Sequence record: PV806339.1
Strand: one strand, 5' to 3'
DNA from: a phage
DNA: 60,026 nucleotides
The notes beneath the pieces were generated by a model that was not told the origin of the DNA, made no database searches, and saw nothing but the letters and a program-made list of their open reading frames with translations. How positions within the stretch are numbered: the first letter of the stretch is position 1; each line of letters begins with the position of its first letter. Both the position numbers and the translations under genes were made by a program. This document shows, piece by piece, positions 60,026 to 60,026 of the stretch.

Positions 60026-60026
60026 C

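Noticed and set aside
1-60026. tRNA genes, CRISPR arrays, integrase/excisionase, partition genes, toxin-antitoxin pairs
   Set aside because: I scanned the intergenic regions by eye for tRNA-like T-arm sequences (GTTCGAATC-type), regularly spaced repeat-spacer units and tyrosine/serine recombinase motifs. None was seen. The XRE and Cro-like HTH genes alone are not evidence of lysogeny.

Overview
This window looks like a complete, circularly permuted ~60-kb genome of a tailed dsDNA siphovirus. The DNA polymerase gene ends at 60025, and its usual neighbour, a VRR-NUC gene, starts at base 1. All functional calls rest on motifs and gene order that I recognised by eye. No database search was possible.

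Layout:
- Replication and recombination module (52025-60025, continuing at 1-1810): prim-pol/P-loop primase-helicase, Cro-like HTH, DUF2800 PD-(D/E)xK nuclease, DUF2815-type SSB, family A DNA polymerase, VRR-NUC nuclease, SNF2 helicase.
- Lambda-like packaging and head module (1797-9919): Nu1-like TerS, gpA-like TerL, then W-, B-, C/Nu3-, D-, E- and FII-like genes.
- Tail module (9919-31381): Z- and U-like genes, a major tail protein with an Ig-like C-terminus, G/GT chaperones with an A_AAA_AAG -1 frameshift site, the tape measure, a GTA-like tail tip (DUF2460-like, DUF2163/BR0599-like, a J/g15-like 1296-aa protein, DUF2793), four paralogous jelly-roll-type proteins and a 731-aa repeat protein.
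- Lysis cassette (31444-32880).
- Leftward early region (32881-44827) split into four operons. It includes a Dam methylase, a PP-loop (PAPS-reductase-like) enzyme, a nucleoside deoxyribosyltransferase-like protein and an RdgC-like protein.
- Two rightward accessory cassettes of unknown function (45588-50544).
- Three repeat-rich non-coding regions (44899-45590, 50545-51696, 54889-55130).

The gene set resembles chi-like (Enc34/Chi-type) phages, but that is an unverified recollection. I saw no tRNA gene, CRISPR array, integrase or reverse transcriptase.

Most interesting observations:
- A shared acidic C-terminal ...(D/E)(D/E)EV tip on at least nine otherwise unrelated proteins.
- A family of six early promoters with a conserved, orientation-independent box in the spacer, plus four promoterless copies of the same box.
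- Terminator hairpins whose upstream arm overlaps the next promoter.
- Iteron arrays, and a candidate cos site.
- A J-type tail gene split by an inserted small ORF.
- Duplicated accessory cassettes bounded by repeats.
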